This document shows, in pieces, positions 10,165 through 20,307 of a stretch of 59,646 bases of DNA (within the stretch, counting starts at the first letter, position 1; every line of letters begins with the position of its first letter). The position numbers and the translations under genes are program-made. The notes below the pieces were generated by a model that was not told the origin of the DNA, did not search any database, and worked only from the letters and a program-made list of their open reading frames with translations. The stretch is from an uncultured archaeon. Lineage in GTDB: Archaea; Asgardarchaeota; Thorarchaeia; Thorarchaeales; Thorarchaeaceae. Where the stretch lies: NCBI GenBank assembly GCA_964558645.1, contig CAZLEV010000016.1, forward strand, positions 1-59,646, given 5' to 3'.

Positions 10165-11302
10165 CCGCATGTTATCTCAACTAGTCGAAGAGATTGAACG
10201 AGTTGAGGGGACAAGAAGACGATTCGGGGCAGTCATGGCCAAGTTAAAGGATTCGATTGATTTAGCCAGATTTCCGGCCATTTCTAGGGATACATTAGAG
10301 TCTGAACTCGTCAAAAAAATCGAACCTGTAAGACTTGACGGTCTGAAGATTGTGGGTATTGATGGGGGATTGGTCAGGAAGAGCTTCCGATCGATGGATC
10401 TTCTGCTCACCCGAGGTGTTGCAGTCGTCTTTCGATTTGGGGCGAGGGGTACTCTTGATGTCGATTTCTTCCCAGACGCATTTCCTGAACCCCAAATAAT
10501 TCCACTCACTCAGCGGTTCTCAGGGCCTGAGCTGGACCAGTTTGCATCCTTGGAAAGACTGGCAACAGAACTGCGAGTTGCACTGAATGTTATTGATAAA
10601 CATGAAGCAGAATTGGTTTTGATTGATGGTAGTCTATTCTTTCATCCACGGGACCGTCCGCAAAATGCTTCGATAGTGTATGAGAAGTTCGAGGAAGTCA
10701 CTGCGTTGTACAAGCAGTTGTATAACAAGGCCAGCAAGAAGAAGAGTCTGGTGGCGGGTATAATAAAGGACAGTCGCTCATCAAGAGTCGTGAGTATGTT
10801 GGGTGATATTCTCCCACATGTTTTGCGAGAACCAGACCTGTTTGAGATGATGCAGGGAATTGACTATCGTTGGTTGTTGAAGATTTCTCGCGATTGTGAT
10901 TTGCTTGACACATTTCTAGAAGAAGGTGAGAGAACCTTTGCGTTTAGATATTCAGCAGAGCTTGTACAGAATACGGATTCTTTGGAAGAACTCTACTCCT
11001 GGGCCTCATCGATTTGGGTCACCTATCTGAAGACAGCCAAGGAAGATTTCCCCATCAGGGTTGAACTACTGGGGGATAGAGCGTTCGATAGAAAACAGCT
11101 TGATAAGGCCCTCTCAGCAATATTGCCTCTTTCATGGCAGCATCCCGAATACGGTATTCCAACCCCTATTTTGGAAGCTGATGCAAGAGCTAGGATAACC
11201 TACAATGAAACCAGTCTTATTGTGGATAGACTGATGGCACTATCTGGACTAACTTATAGCTCGCTCGAAAAGCGGAGATCACGGAATCCCTTTGGGGGTT
11301 AG
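10148..11302 (+). CDS. nurA: DNA double-strand break repair nuclease NurA
   Basis: GIDGG, LIDGSL, GIIKDS and YGIPTPILEADARA motifs; directly upstream of herA. Confidence 0.88.
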   Translation: MNRDLDRMLSQLVEEIERVEGTRRRFGAVMAKLKDSIDLARFPAISRDTLESELVKKIEPVRLDGLKIVGIDGGLVRKSFRSMDLLLTRGVAVVFRFGARGTLDVDFFPDAFPEPQIIPLTQRFSGPELDQFASLERLATELRVALNVIDKHEAELVLIDGSLFFHPRDRPQNASIVYEKFEEVTALYKQLYNKASKKKSLVAGIIKDSRSSRVVSMLGDILPHVLREPDLFEMMQGIDYRWLLKISRDCDLLDTFLEEGERTFAFRYSAELVQNTDSLEELYSWASSIWVTYLKTAKEDFPIRVELLGDRAFDRKQLDKALSAILPLSWQHPEYGIPTPILEADARARITYNETSLIVDRLMALSGLTYSSLEKRRSRNPFGG

Positions 11303-11309
11303 GAAATAG

Positions 11310-12821
11310 ATGACAGAAACCACACCTAGTAGGCTAGGAACAGTTGTGTGCATAGACTCTTCACCAAATGTTATGGAATTCAGTTTCGTGGTTGAAGGGG
11401 ATTCGGAAAAGATAGTTGTACGCCGGGGCGAATTTGTAAACGTAGCCACACAGGCAGGCTTGATCATTGCAAAGGTACAAGACTTAGTGAGAACTAATCG
11501 ATACTACCAGCATGCTGAAGCAGTGAGAGAGTATCAGTCCAGGGGAGAGCCCCTCAGGTCTATATTTCCCACTGATAGATGGCAGTATACCATCGCTCAT
11601 GTACGTGTCGCAGGTCTTTGGAGCAAGAACAGGACCTTAAGACCGTACTTTGCGGTTTCCCCCGGAGCTGTGGTGAGACAAGCAGATGAAGACATTCTAT
11701 CAGCTTTCCTCAAATTGGATCAGGAGAACGGTTTGTGTCTTGGACGGTTAGGTCACCATGAGGCTGATTTCATGCCCAGTATTGACGGGCTCCTATCAAA
11801 GCATCTTGCAATATTGGCCATGAGTGGGGCCGGAAAATCCTACTTCGTGTCTGTTCTACTAGAAGAGATATTGAGAAGAAGTAAGAATCACGGAAGATTA
11901 GGTGTGGTCGTGATAGACGTTCATGGAGAATACTCGTACTTCAAATCTGTCGAAAAGGAGGACTTGGGTGTAGACGAAGCGGGTTTTGAGGTCGATTACA
12001 TCAGGGGAGTACAGTTCCAGATACCTGCAAAGACAATTGGTGCAGAGGGGCTACGGTCCATGGTCTCGAATATGAGTTCTGCGCAGGTTCGTGACCTTCG
12101 AAGAGTAATCTCTGAGATGAGAGGAGATTCAGACTGGAACTACACGTTGGGTGACGTAATAGAATGTGTAAGTAAAGACGAGAACATCCACAAGAACACC
12201 AAGGAGGCGCTTATTGGCTGGCTTATTGACTTAGATGAAACGAGACTCTTTGGTAAAGAGCCAGTTCCCGATGTTCGAAGTATAGTCCGGCCAGGAAAGC
12301 TCACTCTGATAGACCTGAGTGACTTTGTTTCCTTGAAGAAGAAGCAAATCATAGTATCGTACCTGACAAATCAGTTGCTCTATCTGCGGCGCAATGAAAG
12401 AATTCCACCCTTTCTCTTGGTGCTTGAGGAGGCCCATCAGTTCTGTCCAGAGAGTAGGCATGAGATAGCACTTCCGAAGTATCAGATAGAAACAATTGCA
12501 AGGGAGGGACGAAAATTCTTCGCTCTTCTCTGCTTGGTATCTCAGAGACCTGTCAAACTATCTACTACGGTACTGAGCCAATGTAGCAATCAGGCAATTT
12601 TCCGCACTACAAATCCGTATGATCTTGAACACATTGGCAGAACTAGTGAGGGGATAGACCGTGCATCCCTCGATGCTATTACTTCGCTTGAGGTGGGCGA
12701 GGCCCTCTTCGTTGGAGAGGTCGTTTCAGTCCCAACCTTTGTGAAAGTTCGAAGGCGTCTGTATGAACCGAGAGATGGTCCTTCAAGTCTAACCGAAGCG
12801 ATCAGGAAATCAGATAGGTAA
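11310..12821 (+). CDS. herA: HerA DNA translocase/helicase
   Basis: N-terminal HAS-barrel-like region. HLAILAMSGAGKS, IDVHGEY, LEEAHQF, AREGRKF and SQRP motifs. Confidence 0.92.
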   Translation: MTETTPSRLGTVVCIDSSPNVMEFSFVVEGDSEKIVVRRGEFVNVATQAGLIIAKVQDLVRTNRYYQHAEAVREYQSRGEPLRSIFPTDRWQYTIAHVRVAGLWSKNRTLRPYFAVSPGAVVRQADEDILSAFLKLDQENGLCLGRLGHHEADFMPSIDGLLSKHLAILAMSGAGKSYFVSVLLEEILRRSKNHGRLGVVVIDVHGEYSYFKSVEKEDLGVDEAGFEVDYIRGVQFQIPAKTIGAEGLRSMVSNMSSAQVRDLRRVISEMRGDSDWNYTLGDVIECVSKDENIHKNTKEALIGWLIDLDETRLFGKEPVPDVRSIVRPGKLTLIDLSDFVSLKKKQIIVSYLTNQLLYLRRNERIPPFLLVLEEAHQFCPESRHEIALPKYQIETIAREGRKFFALLCLVSQRPVKLSTTVLSQCSNQAIFRTTNPYDLEHIGRTSEGIDRASLDAITSLEVGEALFVGEVVSVPTFVKVRRRLYEPRDGPSSLTEAIRKSDR

Positions 12822-12886
12822 GGGGGAGTCATGAATAAGAGTCAAAAACCCAAGATGTTTCTTCCATCTGACGGTTCATCACTGAC

Positions 12887-13483
12887 TTGGAGGTCGCAAG
12901 TATGCCGACTAGAAGAAATGAGGAAATCAGGAAGGTCATAGACCACTTACAAGTCGGTCTGGTGGAGCTGTTTGACCAGTTGTCCCAACTACGTAGACTT
13001 CTTGATTTGGCCTCGGTGGATTTGCCTTCTGATTCAGCACCCGTTACCAAAGGGCTCTTCTCAAGAGTTTCAAGCGAAAAGGCGGAGAGAGTGGATTCAT
13101 CAGCGGAAACGAAGACAGAATCCGGATTGGAAGCCTCATCTGATATCTCTGATCGGGACTCTGGTATCAGTGATGCCGAGAGATCAGGAAACAATATAGA
13201 GGACAAAAGCACTGAAGAGTCTATTTCAGCAAGTGCAGCAACCAAACTGGATCCAATTGCTCATGAAATTCGAGAAGGGGTTTCTTCTGCAGAGCAAATA
13301 GCTGTCATGCTAGAAGCAGCCAAGAAATCTCTGGTAACACCTGATAGCCCCAAGGTAGAGAACGATATGGATATTGTTCTGAAATTCCTGAAGGCCCGTG
13401 GAAACCGCGGAATTCGCCCTGAAGAGAGCGAAAATATTCTTCGGAGGATAGATAGATGGAAGGTCTATCTATCTCGAAGGTGA
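12887..13483 (+). CDS. Hypothetical protein (helical termini, S/E/D-rich linker)
   Basis: 198-aa ORF filling the gap, co-directional with herA. No family recognised. Confidence 0.6.
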   Translation: MEVASMPTRRNEEIRKVIDHLQVGLVELFDQLSQLRRLLDLASVDLPSDSAPVTKGLFSRVSSEKAERVDSSAETKTESGLEASSDISDRDSGISDAERSGNNIEDKSTEESISASAATKLDPIAHEIREGVSSAEQIAVMLEAAKKSLVTPDSPKVENDMDIVLKFLKARGNRGIRPEESENILRRIDRWKVYLSRR

Positions 13484-13516
13484 GCAAATCCCCTTTATAG
13501 TGCCGAAAGATCAATG

Positions 13517-13807
13517 CTATTCTAAGTCAATGATTATCCGCTTTACCTTGGTCCGCGAAATCTTCTTCAGTCCGTGCTGACCTGGTTCATATCTGCATTC
13601 CAGAAGATTAGCTTCCTGAAGAATCTTAATCTGAGCACTGGCATTTGCTTCTGTTCCGCCAAGATGTCGTGCAACTCTTGTCACGTCTTTCTCCCCCTTG
13701 AGGAGGAGTTTTAGAATCTTTAGCCTTGTGCCTGACGAGAGTGCGCGGCCGATGCGTAAAATCTTTTCATCTTCGTTGAGTTGTAGAGTTTCTGACAGTT
13801 GTAACAC
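13517..13807 (-). CDS. ArsR-family winged-helix regulator
   Basis: ALSSGTRLKILKLL...ASAQIKILQEANLL pattern. Confidence 0.85.
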   Translation of the reverse strand: MLQLSETLQLNEDEKILRIGRALSSGTRLKILKLLLKGEKDVTRVARHLGGTEANASAQIKILQEANLLECRYEPGQHGLKKISRTKVKRIIIDLE

Positions 13808-13936
13808 CTCGTATGGGTTGCCTTGTGTTGCTCAATTAAGGGTTTAATATACTTGCTGTTTATGTATGAACCAGTCTAGTGTTTTTTGATGGTCTCATGT
13901 TAATGCTTATAGGCGAACTTGATGCTTTTTGGGTGA

Positions 13937-15970
13937 GTGCGGAGCCACATGGGCGATGATAGCGATCTGGTTATCGGGTTTGATATTCTCCCCCTACATA
14001 GCTCTCGCTCCAGAAAACGGTCAAAATACGCATGTGTTGTTATGCGAAATGGAGTAGTTCTAAATGAATACTCCAGCCTATCTCGTAGAAATTTGATTAG
14101 ACTGATACGTGAGTTGAAACCAACCTACATAGCCACTGATAACATCTTCGAGATAGTTCCAGATGCGAAGTCAGTATTCCGCTTTGTGAAGAGAATTCCT
14201 CACGAAACAAGAATTGTACAAGTAACGGGTGTTCCCCCCAAGCAAGTTAGACTGAAGACTCTGGCTAGACAGCATGATATCCCAATTAGAGGTAAGCTTC
14301 GGCCATTAGAAGCAGCTCGCATTGCTGCCATGTTGGTTGGTATGGGAGTGGGTTACGCGCTAGAGTGTTTTAGCGAACAGACTGAGATCAAGGTCACCCG
14401 TGGCAGGAAGATGGGAAAAGGCGGACAGAGTGCCAACAGATATCGACGAAAGATACATTCAGAGATTCAGCAGATGACTCGCCATATTGAGTCTGAACTG
14501 AAGAGAGCCGATATTGAGTATGATATTCATCTGCGTCATTCAGATTTCGGCTACTCCAGTGCCAGGATAGTTGCTTATGCGCCATTGCCAATAATCAGAG
14601 GGATGATAGATCCAAAACGTGGCGGGGACTTCAATGTAATAGTTTCACCCATCAGAAAACGTACCGAGTTTGTTCCACTTGAACCAAGACCTGTCCCTAG
14701 TAAGATATCTCCACGTTACTTCATTCTCGGCGTCGATCCTGGTACTACTGCAGCCATATGTCTTCTAACCCTTAGAGGGAAGGTGCATCTGCTTGAAAGC
14801 AAGAAAGCATTGACCAGGGCAGACATTATCAGGAGAGTGTATGAGCACGGGGTACCCATAGTTGTGGCCACAGACACAACGCCTGTCCCGCATCAAGTGA
14901 AGAAGATAGCAAGCACCCTCAACACAGAAATCTATGAGCCGAACAAGCCCATTGCAGTTGCTGACAAGCAAGAGCTAGCGAGAGAGTACTCAGACAAATT
15001 GAAAATTGGAAATGCTCATGAACGTGATGCTCTAACAGCTGCAGTCTATGCGTACAGGAGTGTCCTCTCTAAGCTTGAACAGATAGATCACAAGATACGG
15101 GAAGAGCAGATTCCGGTTGAGCGCGACCACTTGAAAGCACTAGTTCTGAAGGGAATGCCGATGAATGAGGCAATAGCTAGCCTTGTGAGAGAGCAGGCAG
15201 AAGTTTTTGAGATACCTACCGCGCCTCCGGAAAAGAAGGAAGAACCTCTTACTCAAGAGAGATATGATTCTCTTAAAGAGAAAGTGGAGGGCTTGGAAGA
15301 AGAGAATGAATTGCTGACTGATAGAATAGAAGACTTGGAAAGGCTTGTGGAATATCTTCAATTCAAAGAAGATGAACTCTCATACAGTCTTGAGATTGTG
15401 AATAAACAGAATTATTGGAAAGTCAAGAGGGATAGAGAAGTTGCAAAGAAGCAGACTCAACTCAGAAAGGCACAGAACGAGGTACGGCATCTTCGTAAGG
15501 AATACAAGAAATTGGAGGAGCGACTTCGGCGACTAAAAGGTGTCAAAAAGCTTGAAATGCGGGGCGATATGATTGCAGTAAAGAACTTGCCGCATTTCAC
15601 ACGCGAGAGTATCATAGACTACTCACGAAAGGTAGGACTGAAACAGGGAGATATCGTCTTATTTGAGGATGCCAGTGGCGGGGGACCACAAACCGCCAGA
15701 ATACTGATAGAGCAAGAGATAAGAGCTGTGATAGTAGATACGCCCCTTTCCCATTTGGCTGAAGAGGAACTTATCAAAGCGATGATCCCAGTTATTGATG
15801 GGAATTCGGTCGAACTGCAGAGAGTGGATGAGTTTGCATTCATAAGCAGAAAGAGGTTTGAACAGAAATTCAACGAATTTGTCAAAAGGGTTCGTGAGAA
15901 GGCTCGAAAGATGGGAGAGGAAGAACTAGTTCGCTTGGTCGAACGCTATCAAAGAGAGATAGACAGGTAA
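13937..15970 (+). CDS. DUF460 domain protein (RNase H-like fold plus coiled coil)
   Basis: ILGVDPGTT, VVATDT and HERDALTAA motifs, with a long C-terminal coiled coil. Confidence 0.85.
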   Translation: MRSHMGDDSDLVIGFDILPLHSSRSRKRSKYACVVMRNGVVLNEYSSLSRRNLIRLIRELKPTYIATDNIFEIVPDAKSVFRFVKRIPHETRIVQVTGVPPKQVRLKTLARQHDIPIRGKLRPLEAARIAAMLVGMGVGYALECFSEQTEIKVTRGRKMGKGGQSANRYRRKIHSEIQQMTRHIESELKRADIEYDIHLRHSDFGYSSARIVAYAPLPIIRGMIDPKRGGDFNVIVSPIRKRTEFVPLEPRPVPSKISPRYFILGVDPGTTAAICLLTLRGKVHLLESKKALTRADIIRRVYEHGVPIVVATDTTPVPHQVKKIASTLNTEIYEPNKPIAVADKQELAREYSDKLKIGNAHERDALTAAVYAYRSVLSKLEQIDHKIREEQIPVERDHLKALVLKGMPMNEAIASLVREQAEVFEIPTAPPEKKEEPLTQERYDSLKEKVEGLEEENELLTDRIEDLERLVEYLQFKEDELSYSLEIVNKQNYWKVKRDREVAKKQTQLRKAQNEVRHLRKEYKKLEERLRRLKGVKKLEMRGDMIAVKNLPHFTRESIIDYSRKVGLKQGDIVLFEDASGGGPQTARILIEQEIRAVIVDTPLSHLAEEELIKAMIPVIDGNSVELQRVDEFAFISRKRFEQKFNEFVKRVREKARKMGEEELVRLVERYQREIDR

Positions 15971-15991
15971 GATGGCGTCGTGAGAGGATGT

Positions 15992-16222
15992 TCACTCGGG
16001 AACCTGAATCCAGAGAATATTGTTCCCCCTGATTAGAATCTGTCCATATTTGGCAATGGTCTTGTCTTCTTCAACTTCTTCTGCATCAGCAAGTGTTAGA
16101 TTCATGTACATGTCGCAACGTGTTAATTTTCCTCGGAAGATCCTCTGGTCTTTAAGCTTAATAGACACGGTTTCATTTAGATTGCCTTCCAGAGCTTTGA
16201 TTGGCATCTTCTCGCTGGACAC
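15992..16222 (-). CDS. Sm/Lsm-like archaeal protein (SmAP)
   Basis: Sm1 GKLTRCDMYMNLTLADAEE and Sm2 ILIRGNNI motifs. Confidence 0.93.
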   Translation of the reverse strand: MSSEKMPIKALEGNLNETVSIKLKDQRIFRGKLTRCDMYMNLTLADAEEVEEDKTIAKYGQILIRGNNILWIQVPE

Positions 16223-16351
16223 GTTAAGTTTCCTCGTTGAGGAGGCCCTGTGAGGCGATTATAAACCCTTTGTTGTTAAGAGTGTACAAAACACAAGAGT
16301 AATTGAGCTTGAAAATCAGATTCTGGGTGAAGCTGAGAGAAATAGACAGGG

Positions 16352-17353
16352 TTGAACTGCTCAATGATATGCTTAGGTCTAGAAGGTACTGCTCACTCGT
16401 TTGGAGCTGGTGTGGTTGATGACACAGGCAGGGTCCTTGCCAATATATGGGATATGCTTTCTCCGAAAGAGGGAGGGATTCACCCACGAGAGGCAAGTAG
16501 ACACCATTCGGAGTTCGGCCCCCAGATAGTATCTAAAGCGATGCGTCAAGCAGGGCTTGACTACGAAGAGATTGATGTTGTGGCTTTTTCCAGAGGGCCG
16601 GGATTGGGTCCATGCCTTAGAACCACAGCGACAATGGCGAGGACACTATCTGCAAGACTCGCTGTGCCAATGGTTGGAGTGAACCATTGTGTTGCCCACA
16701 TTGAGATTGGTTGCATGGAATCTGGATTTCAAGATCCTGTCACCGTGTATGTATCTGGCGGTAACACTCAGATAATTGCATATGCAGGAGCACGCTTTCG
16801 TACTTTTGGAGAAACCCTTGACATAGCCATTGGAAACATGCTGGATACTTTTGGACGATTGGCGGGTATGGGGTTTCCTGCAGGACCTGATATCGAGAAG
16901 AGAGCGCAATTGGGCCATAGGTATCACTTGTTACCATATTCTGTGAAAGGTATGGACCTGAGTTACTCGGGCATGTTGACAGCTGCCAGGAGACTCTACC
17001 AAGATGGTGAGAACATCGATGACATCTGCTACAGCATCCAAGAAACATCTTTTGGAATGCTAGCAGAGATCGCAGAACGGGCACTCGCGCATACCAAGAA
17101 GAATGAGCTTCTCTTAACAGGTGGCGTTGCCAGAAACAAGAGGCTTGCAGAGATTCTTTCTGGAGTTGCCAATCGACATAAAGTAGAATTCCACAGAGTG
17201 TCCCCTGCTCTCGCTGGTGACCAAGGTGCAATGATAGCTTGGACGGGAATTCTACAGTATCAAGCCGGAGGAGGACTTCCGATAGCAGATTCTTCTGTAC
17301 TACCCAAGTGGAGAACTGATGAGCAAGATATACTATGGAGGGGGATGAGGTGA
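16352..17353 (+). CDS. kae1: KEOPS t6A synthase Kae1
   Basis: LGLEGTAH, GGIHPREA, VNHCVAHIE, VSGGNTQ and GETLDIAIGN motifs. Confidence 0.97.
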   Translation: MNCSMICLGLEGTAHSFGAGVVDDTGRVLANIWDMLSPKEGGIHPREASRHHSEFGPQIVSKAMRQAGLDYEEIDVVAFSRGPGLGPCLRTTATMARTLSARLAVPMVGVNHCVAHIEIGCMESGFQDPVTVYVSGGNTQIIAYAGARFRTFGETLDIAIGNMLDTFGRLAGMGFPAGPDIEKRAQLGHRYHLLPYSVKGMDLSYSGMLTAARRLYQDGENIDDICYSIQETSFGMLAEIAERALAHTKKNELLLTGGVARNKRLAEILSGVANRHKVEFHRVSPALAGDQGAMIAWTGILQYQAGGGLPIADSSVLPKWRTDEQDILWRGMR

Positions 17354-17979
17354 AGCAGGAGATATGGGCTCTGGGGGCAGAGTCGTACATCTTTCTCGTG
17401 AAGAAGTGGAATCGGCCCTTGGTGGTGAAGACCAGATCTGCGAAGCCATATCTTCTCGAAGAGATTGATATTGCACTCAGAAGATCAAGGACGATTCGAG
17501 AATGTAGAATGCTGTCATTCGTTCGCGGACTTGGGGTGCCAACGCCTGGCGTGTATTCCATAGACTTGCTGAACTATTCGATAACTATGGATTACATCGA
17601 GGGAAACCAGTTGAAGTTGATAGTTGATGAGAAACCCCTGAACTACTCCGAGAAGCTATTCGAGAGATTCGGGGAGCTCATAGGTTTGATGCACAATGGG
17701 GGAGTGGTACATGGTGATCCTACCACAAGTAACGTGATAGTGGATGATTCGGACAAGATCTGGCTTGTTGACTTTGGATTGGCTGAATGGAATGCAGACG
17801 TGGAAATGAAAGGAGTAGATCTTCATCTGATCAGACGAGCCCTTGAAACTACACATTGGGCTCACCAAGATGAATTACTGGAAAGGATTCTGGAGGGATA
17901 TGCAGTCACTGTGAGAGAAGATGCTGAAGAAGCAATATCCAGAATGGAACAAATTCGTGAAAGAGGAAGATATCACTAG
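17335..17979 (+). CDS. bud32: KEOPS kinase/ATPase Bud32
   Basis: GAES, HGDPTTSN, DFGLA and GVDLH motifs, C-terminal RGRY; coupled to kae1. Confidence 0.95.
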   Translation: MEGDEVKQEIWALGAESYIFLVKKWNRPLVVKTRSAKPYLLEEIDIALRRSRTIRECRMLSFVRGLGVPTPGVYSIDLLNYSITMDYIEGNQLKLIVDEKPLNYSEKLFERFGELIGLMHNGGVVHGDPTTSNVIVDDSDKIWLVDFGLAEWNADVEMKGVDLHLIRRALETTHWAHQDELLERILEGYAVTVREDAEEAISRMEQIRERGRYH

Positions 17980-18021
17980 ACACAAGGTAATGTTTATATC
18001 CGCTGTTAAGAGCGGAGGAAA

Positions 18022-18251
18022 GGAGTCGCTCTCTAGGGCGACCTGTTGATGCTATAGAAGTGCAAGAGTCCGAACGGCAGGCTGTGAAGGCTTGCAGACC
18101 ACAGGATTCAGCAACTATCTTGAGGCATCGTAATGTGAATCACGGTTTCACGTAGTTCGGTCCTAAGACTATTGTGGGTGAACTAAGAGTTCCGTGCTCA
18201 CATTCATCCAACGAGCAGTACATGGAATCTCAGAAAATAGGAGCCGTTTTC
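18022..18251 (+). promoter_or_regulatory. Long structured 5' leader (or separate ncRNA) upstream of uS15
   Basis: TATA-like TTTATAT at about 17993. Successive stems GTCGCTCT/AGGGCGAC, CTGTG/CACAG, GTGAA/TTCAC, TAGTTC/GAACTA and TTCCGTG/CATGGAA. Confidence 0.55.
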
Positions 18252-18707
18252 ATGGCAAGAATGCACACAAGGCGCAAAGGCCAATCAGGAAGCAAGCGAC
18301 CTTCAACACTTCGTGTCCCAGAATGGATGGATAAGGATGCAGATTGGGTTGAGGAAAAGGTTCTCGAACTTGCAAAAGAAGGCAATACGCCAAGTATGAT
18401 TGGAATGATTCTTCGTGATCAATATGGTGTTCCTCTTGTCAAGGTTATCACTGGCAAAAGAATCCTTCAGATAATCAGGGAAAATGAACTCGAGAGAAGA
18501 GTGCCTGAAGACCTTAGGAATCTGATTGCAAGAGCTGCAATCATTCGAAGACACTTAGAGGAGAATAGGAAAGATTACGTTTCCAAACGCGGTCTGAAGT
18601 TGACTGAAAGCAAGATTCATAGGCTCTCCAAGTACTACAGGAAGAGAAAGATTCTTCCAGCTGACTGGAAGTACTCTCCAGAACAAGCCGCAGTTTTGCT
18701 GAGATAG
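18252..18707 (+). CDS. rps15: 30S ribosomal protein uS15 (S13e-like)
   Basis: MARMHTRRKGQSGSKRP, PSMIGMILRDQYGVP and ESKIHRLSKYY motifs. Start moved to ATG 18252. Confidence 0.97.
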   Translation: MARMHTRRKGQSGSKRPSTLRVPEWMDKDADWVEEKVLELAKEGNTPSMIGMILRDQYGVPLVKVITGKRILQIIRENELERRVPEDLRNLIARAAIIRRHLEENRKDYVSKRGLKLTESKIHRLSKYYRKRKILPADWKYSPEQAAVLLR

Positions 18708-18741
18708 TTTTATCATAAACGCTGAGCTTTTCAGCCTCAAG

Positions 18742-20058
18742 ATGAAAGAGGCTGCATTTGATGTTCCAGGATTGAAAGCCATTAGGCAGGCTTGTGATGA
18801 AGTAGACTTGGACGGGGATTCGCGTCTGGTGATTCTGACAGCACCTATGCCCGAGTGTATTATGGCGAGCGTGCTGCTTTCTATGGCAATGCTAAGAGTG
18901 AAGGGCACTTTTCATATTAAGTATGGAGAACCCATTTATTCTGCGAGGAGGATCGAAACCATTCTTGAGGCGCATCCTCGATGTAAATTGGCAATTGTGG
19001 GAGTAAATCCTGACGAGAATCTGGACCTAGGCAATCAGGGTTTTGTCATGGGGGTTTCAGGCGCAGATTCTTCATCAATTGCACTTGGCAGGCAGGGAGA
19101 AGAAACACTAGCAGCCTACGCTCTGGCACTGGAGAAACTGCGGGTTGGTAGAACCGAGTTGAAATTGGCACTAGCTGGGACCCTGGCTGGAAGTCGGAAA
19201 GAGGAAACTGCTGAGGATATTCTTAGCCATTGCAGAGAACAGGGAGTTGCTGAAATTCGAAAGGGTTTCTTGTTGTTCGGGAGTAATTTTCTGCCCCTCA
19301 TTGAATCACTCGAATACAGCATGTTTCCGTATCTTTCGCAGCTTAGTGGTGACAGAGTGGCATGCGAAGAAATGCTAGACAAGGCGGACATTCCTTTCAG
19401 CAAGAGAGGGAATCCGATTCTTGACTTGACCCCTAATGAACAGCAGAGCCTTAGTGAGAATCTGATTCCTATGCTTGATTCGCGACTGATTTCCGAGGTG
19501 TTCGGGCAGGATTTGGTTTTCCCTGATGAGAAAAGCAATGGCCCAATGAGATTCTTCTCGAATATGATGGTTCTTATCAAGGTAGCATGGATACGGAACA
19601 AGTATGGTCTGGGTGCAGCGATCTGCTTTGGGGACAGAGCTCAGCAATTGAGAATGCTGATTGATGAATCTCTATCACTGAGCAAGCGATCATTGGACGC
19701 ACTACCACAGATGTTCGCAGCTATCGACGAAAAATCGAATATTGCTGATAGTCACGTGGTGGAGCTGGAGGTGAATGTTGGATCTGATTTGCTTCCGACG
19801 CTTGGTATGATTGTATCTCAGAATGGAATGCTTCGTAGTGATCTCTTGTTATTGGGAAATAGGAATGAAACCCATTTGGTGTGGAAGAGAGAAGAGCGTA
19901 GTCTCCGAACAATCATGAGAAGGCTGCATGAGGCGGCCATAGAGTCTGTATCTACATCCTACCGGTCCTTACGGATAGATGAGAAAATCGACATCATACG
20001 ACACACTGTAGGAGAGGTGTTGCTGAACTCGGCGTCTGGGAGGGAGGGAACGCATTGA
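18742..20058 (+). CDS. Degenerate DHH/RecJ-like phosphoesterase-family protein
   Basis: Occupies the conserved archaeal rps15-DHH-pcc1 slot. PYLSQLSGD and GLGAAICFGDR segments resemble that family, but no DHH motif is visible. Confidence 0.6.
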   Translation: MKEAAFDVPGLKAIRQACDEVDLDGDSRLVILTAPMPECIMASVLLSMAMLRVKGTFHIKYGEPIYSARRIETILEAHPRCKLAIVGVNPDENLDLGNQGFVMGVSGADSSSIALGRQGEETLAAYALALEKLRVGRTELKLALAGTLAGSRKEETAEDILSHCREQGVAEIRKGFLLFGSNFLPLIESLEYSMFPYLSQLSGDRVACEEMLDKADIPFSKRGNPILDLTPNEQQSLSENLIPMLDSRLISEVFGQDLVFPDEKSNGPMRFFSNMMVLIKVAWIRNKYGLGAAICFGDRAQQLRMLIDESLSLSKRSLDALPQMFAAIDEKSNIADSHVVELEVNVGSDLLPTLGMIVSQNGMLRSDLLLLGNRNETHLVWKREERSLRTIMRRLHEAAIESVSTSYRSLRIDEKIDIIRHTVGEVLLNSASGREGTH

Positions 20059-20306
20059 GAGCAGAAATCAGATTGAATCTCAAGTCCAAGGAGGATGCAG
20101 AAACGGTCCGTTCTTCAGTTGAACCGGACAATGTACCACTTCCAGACGGCCTGATGGTGAAATCGCAAAGAAAAGGCAAACAATTGATACTGTGGATCCG
20201 TTGTCATAGAAATATCGAGTCTTTCATGGCCACTATTGAAGACTTGATGGGTGCTGTGGACTTGTCTGTAAGAATGATTCAAACTCTTGCTGGCAATGAA
20301 CAGTAG
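20055..20306 (+). CDS. pcc1: KEOPS subunit Pcc1
   Basis: 83 aa with AETVRSSVEPDN...SFMATIEDLM pattern; conserved gene context. Confidence 0.85.
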   Translation: MRAEIRLNLKSKEDAETVRSSVEPDNVPLPDGLMVKSQRKGKQLILWIRCHRNIESFMATIEDLMGAVDLSVRMIQTLAGNEQ

Positions 20307-20307
20307 A

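Noticed and set aside
16740-17561. 273-aa antisense ORF
   Set aside because: Shadow of the well-supported kae1 and bud32 genes.
18000-18251. RNase P RNA suggested by GGAGGAAAG at about 18014
   Set aside because: The motif falls between the TATA box and the likely TSS, and no matching 3' P4 strand was found.
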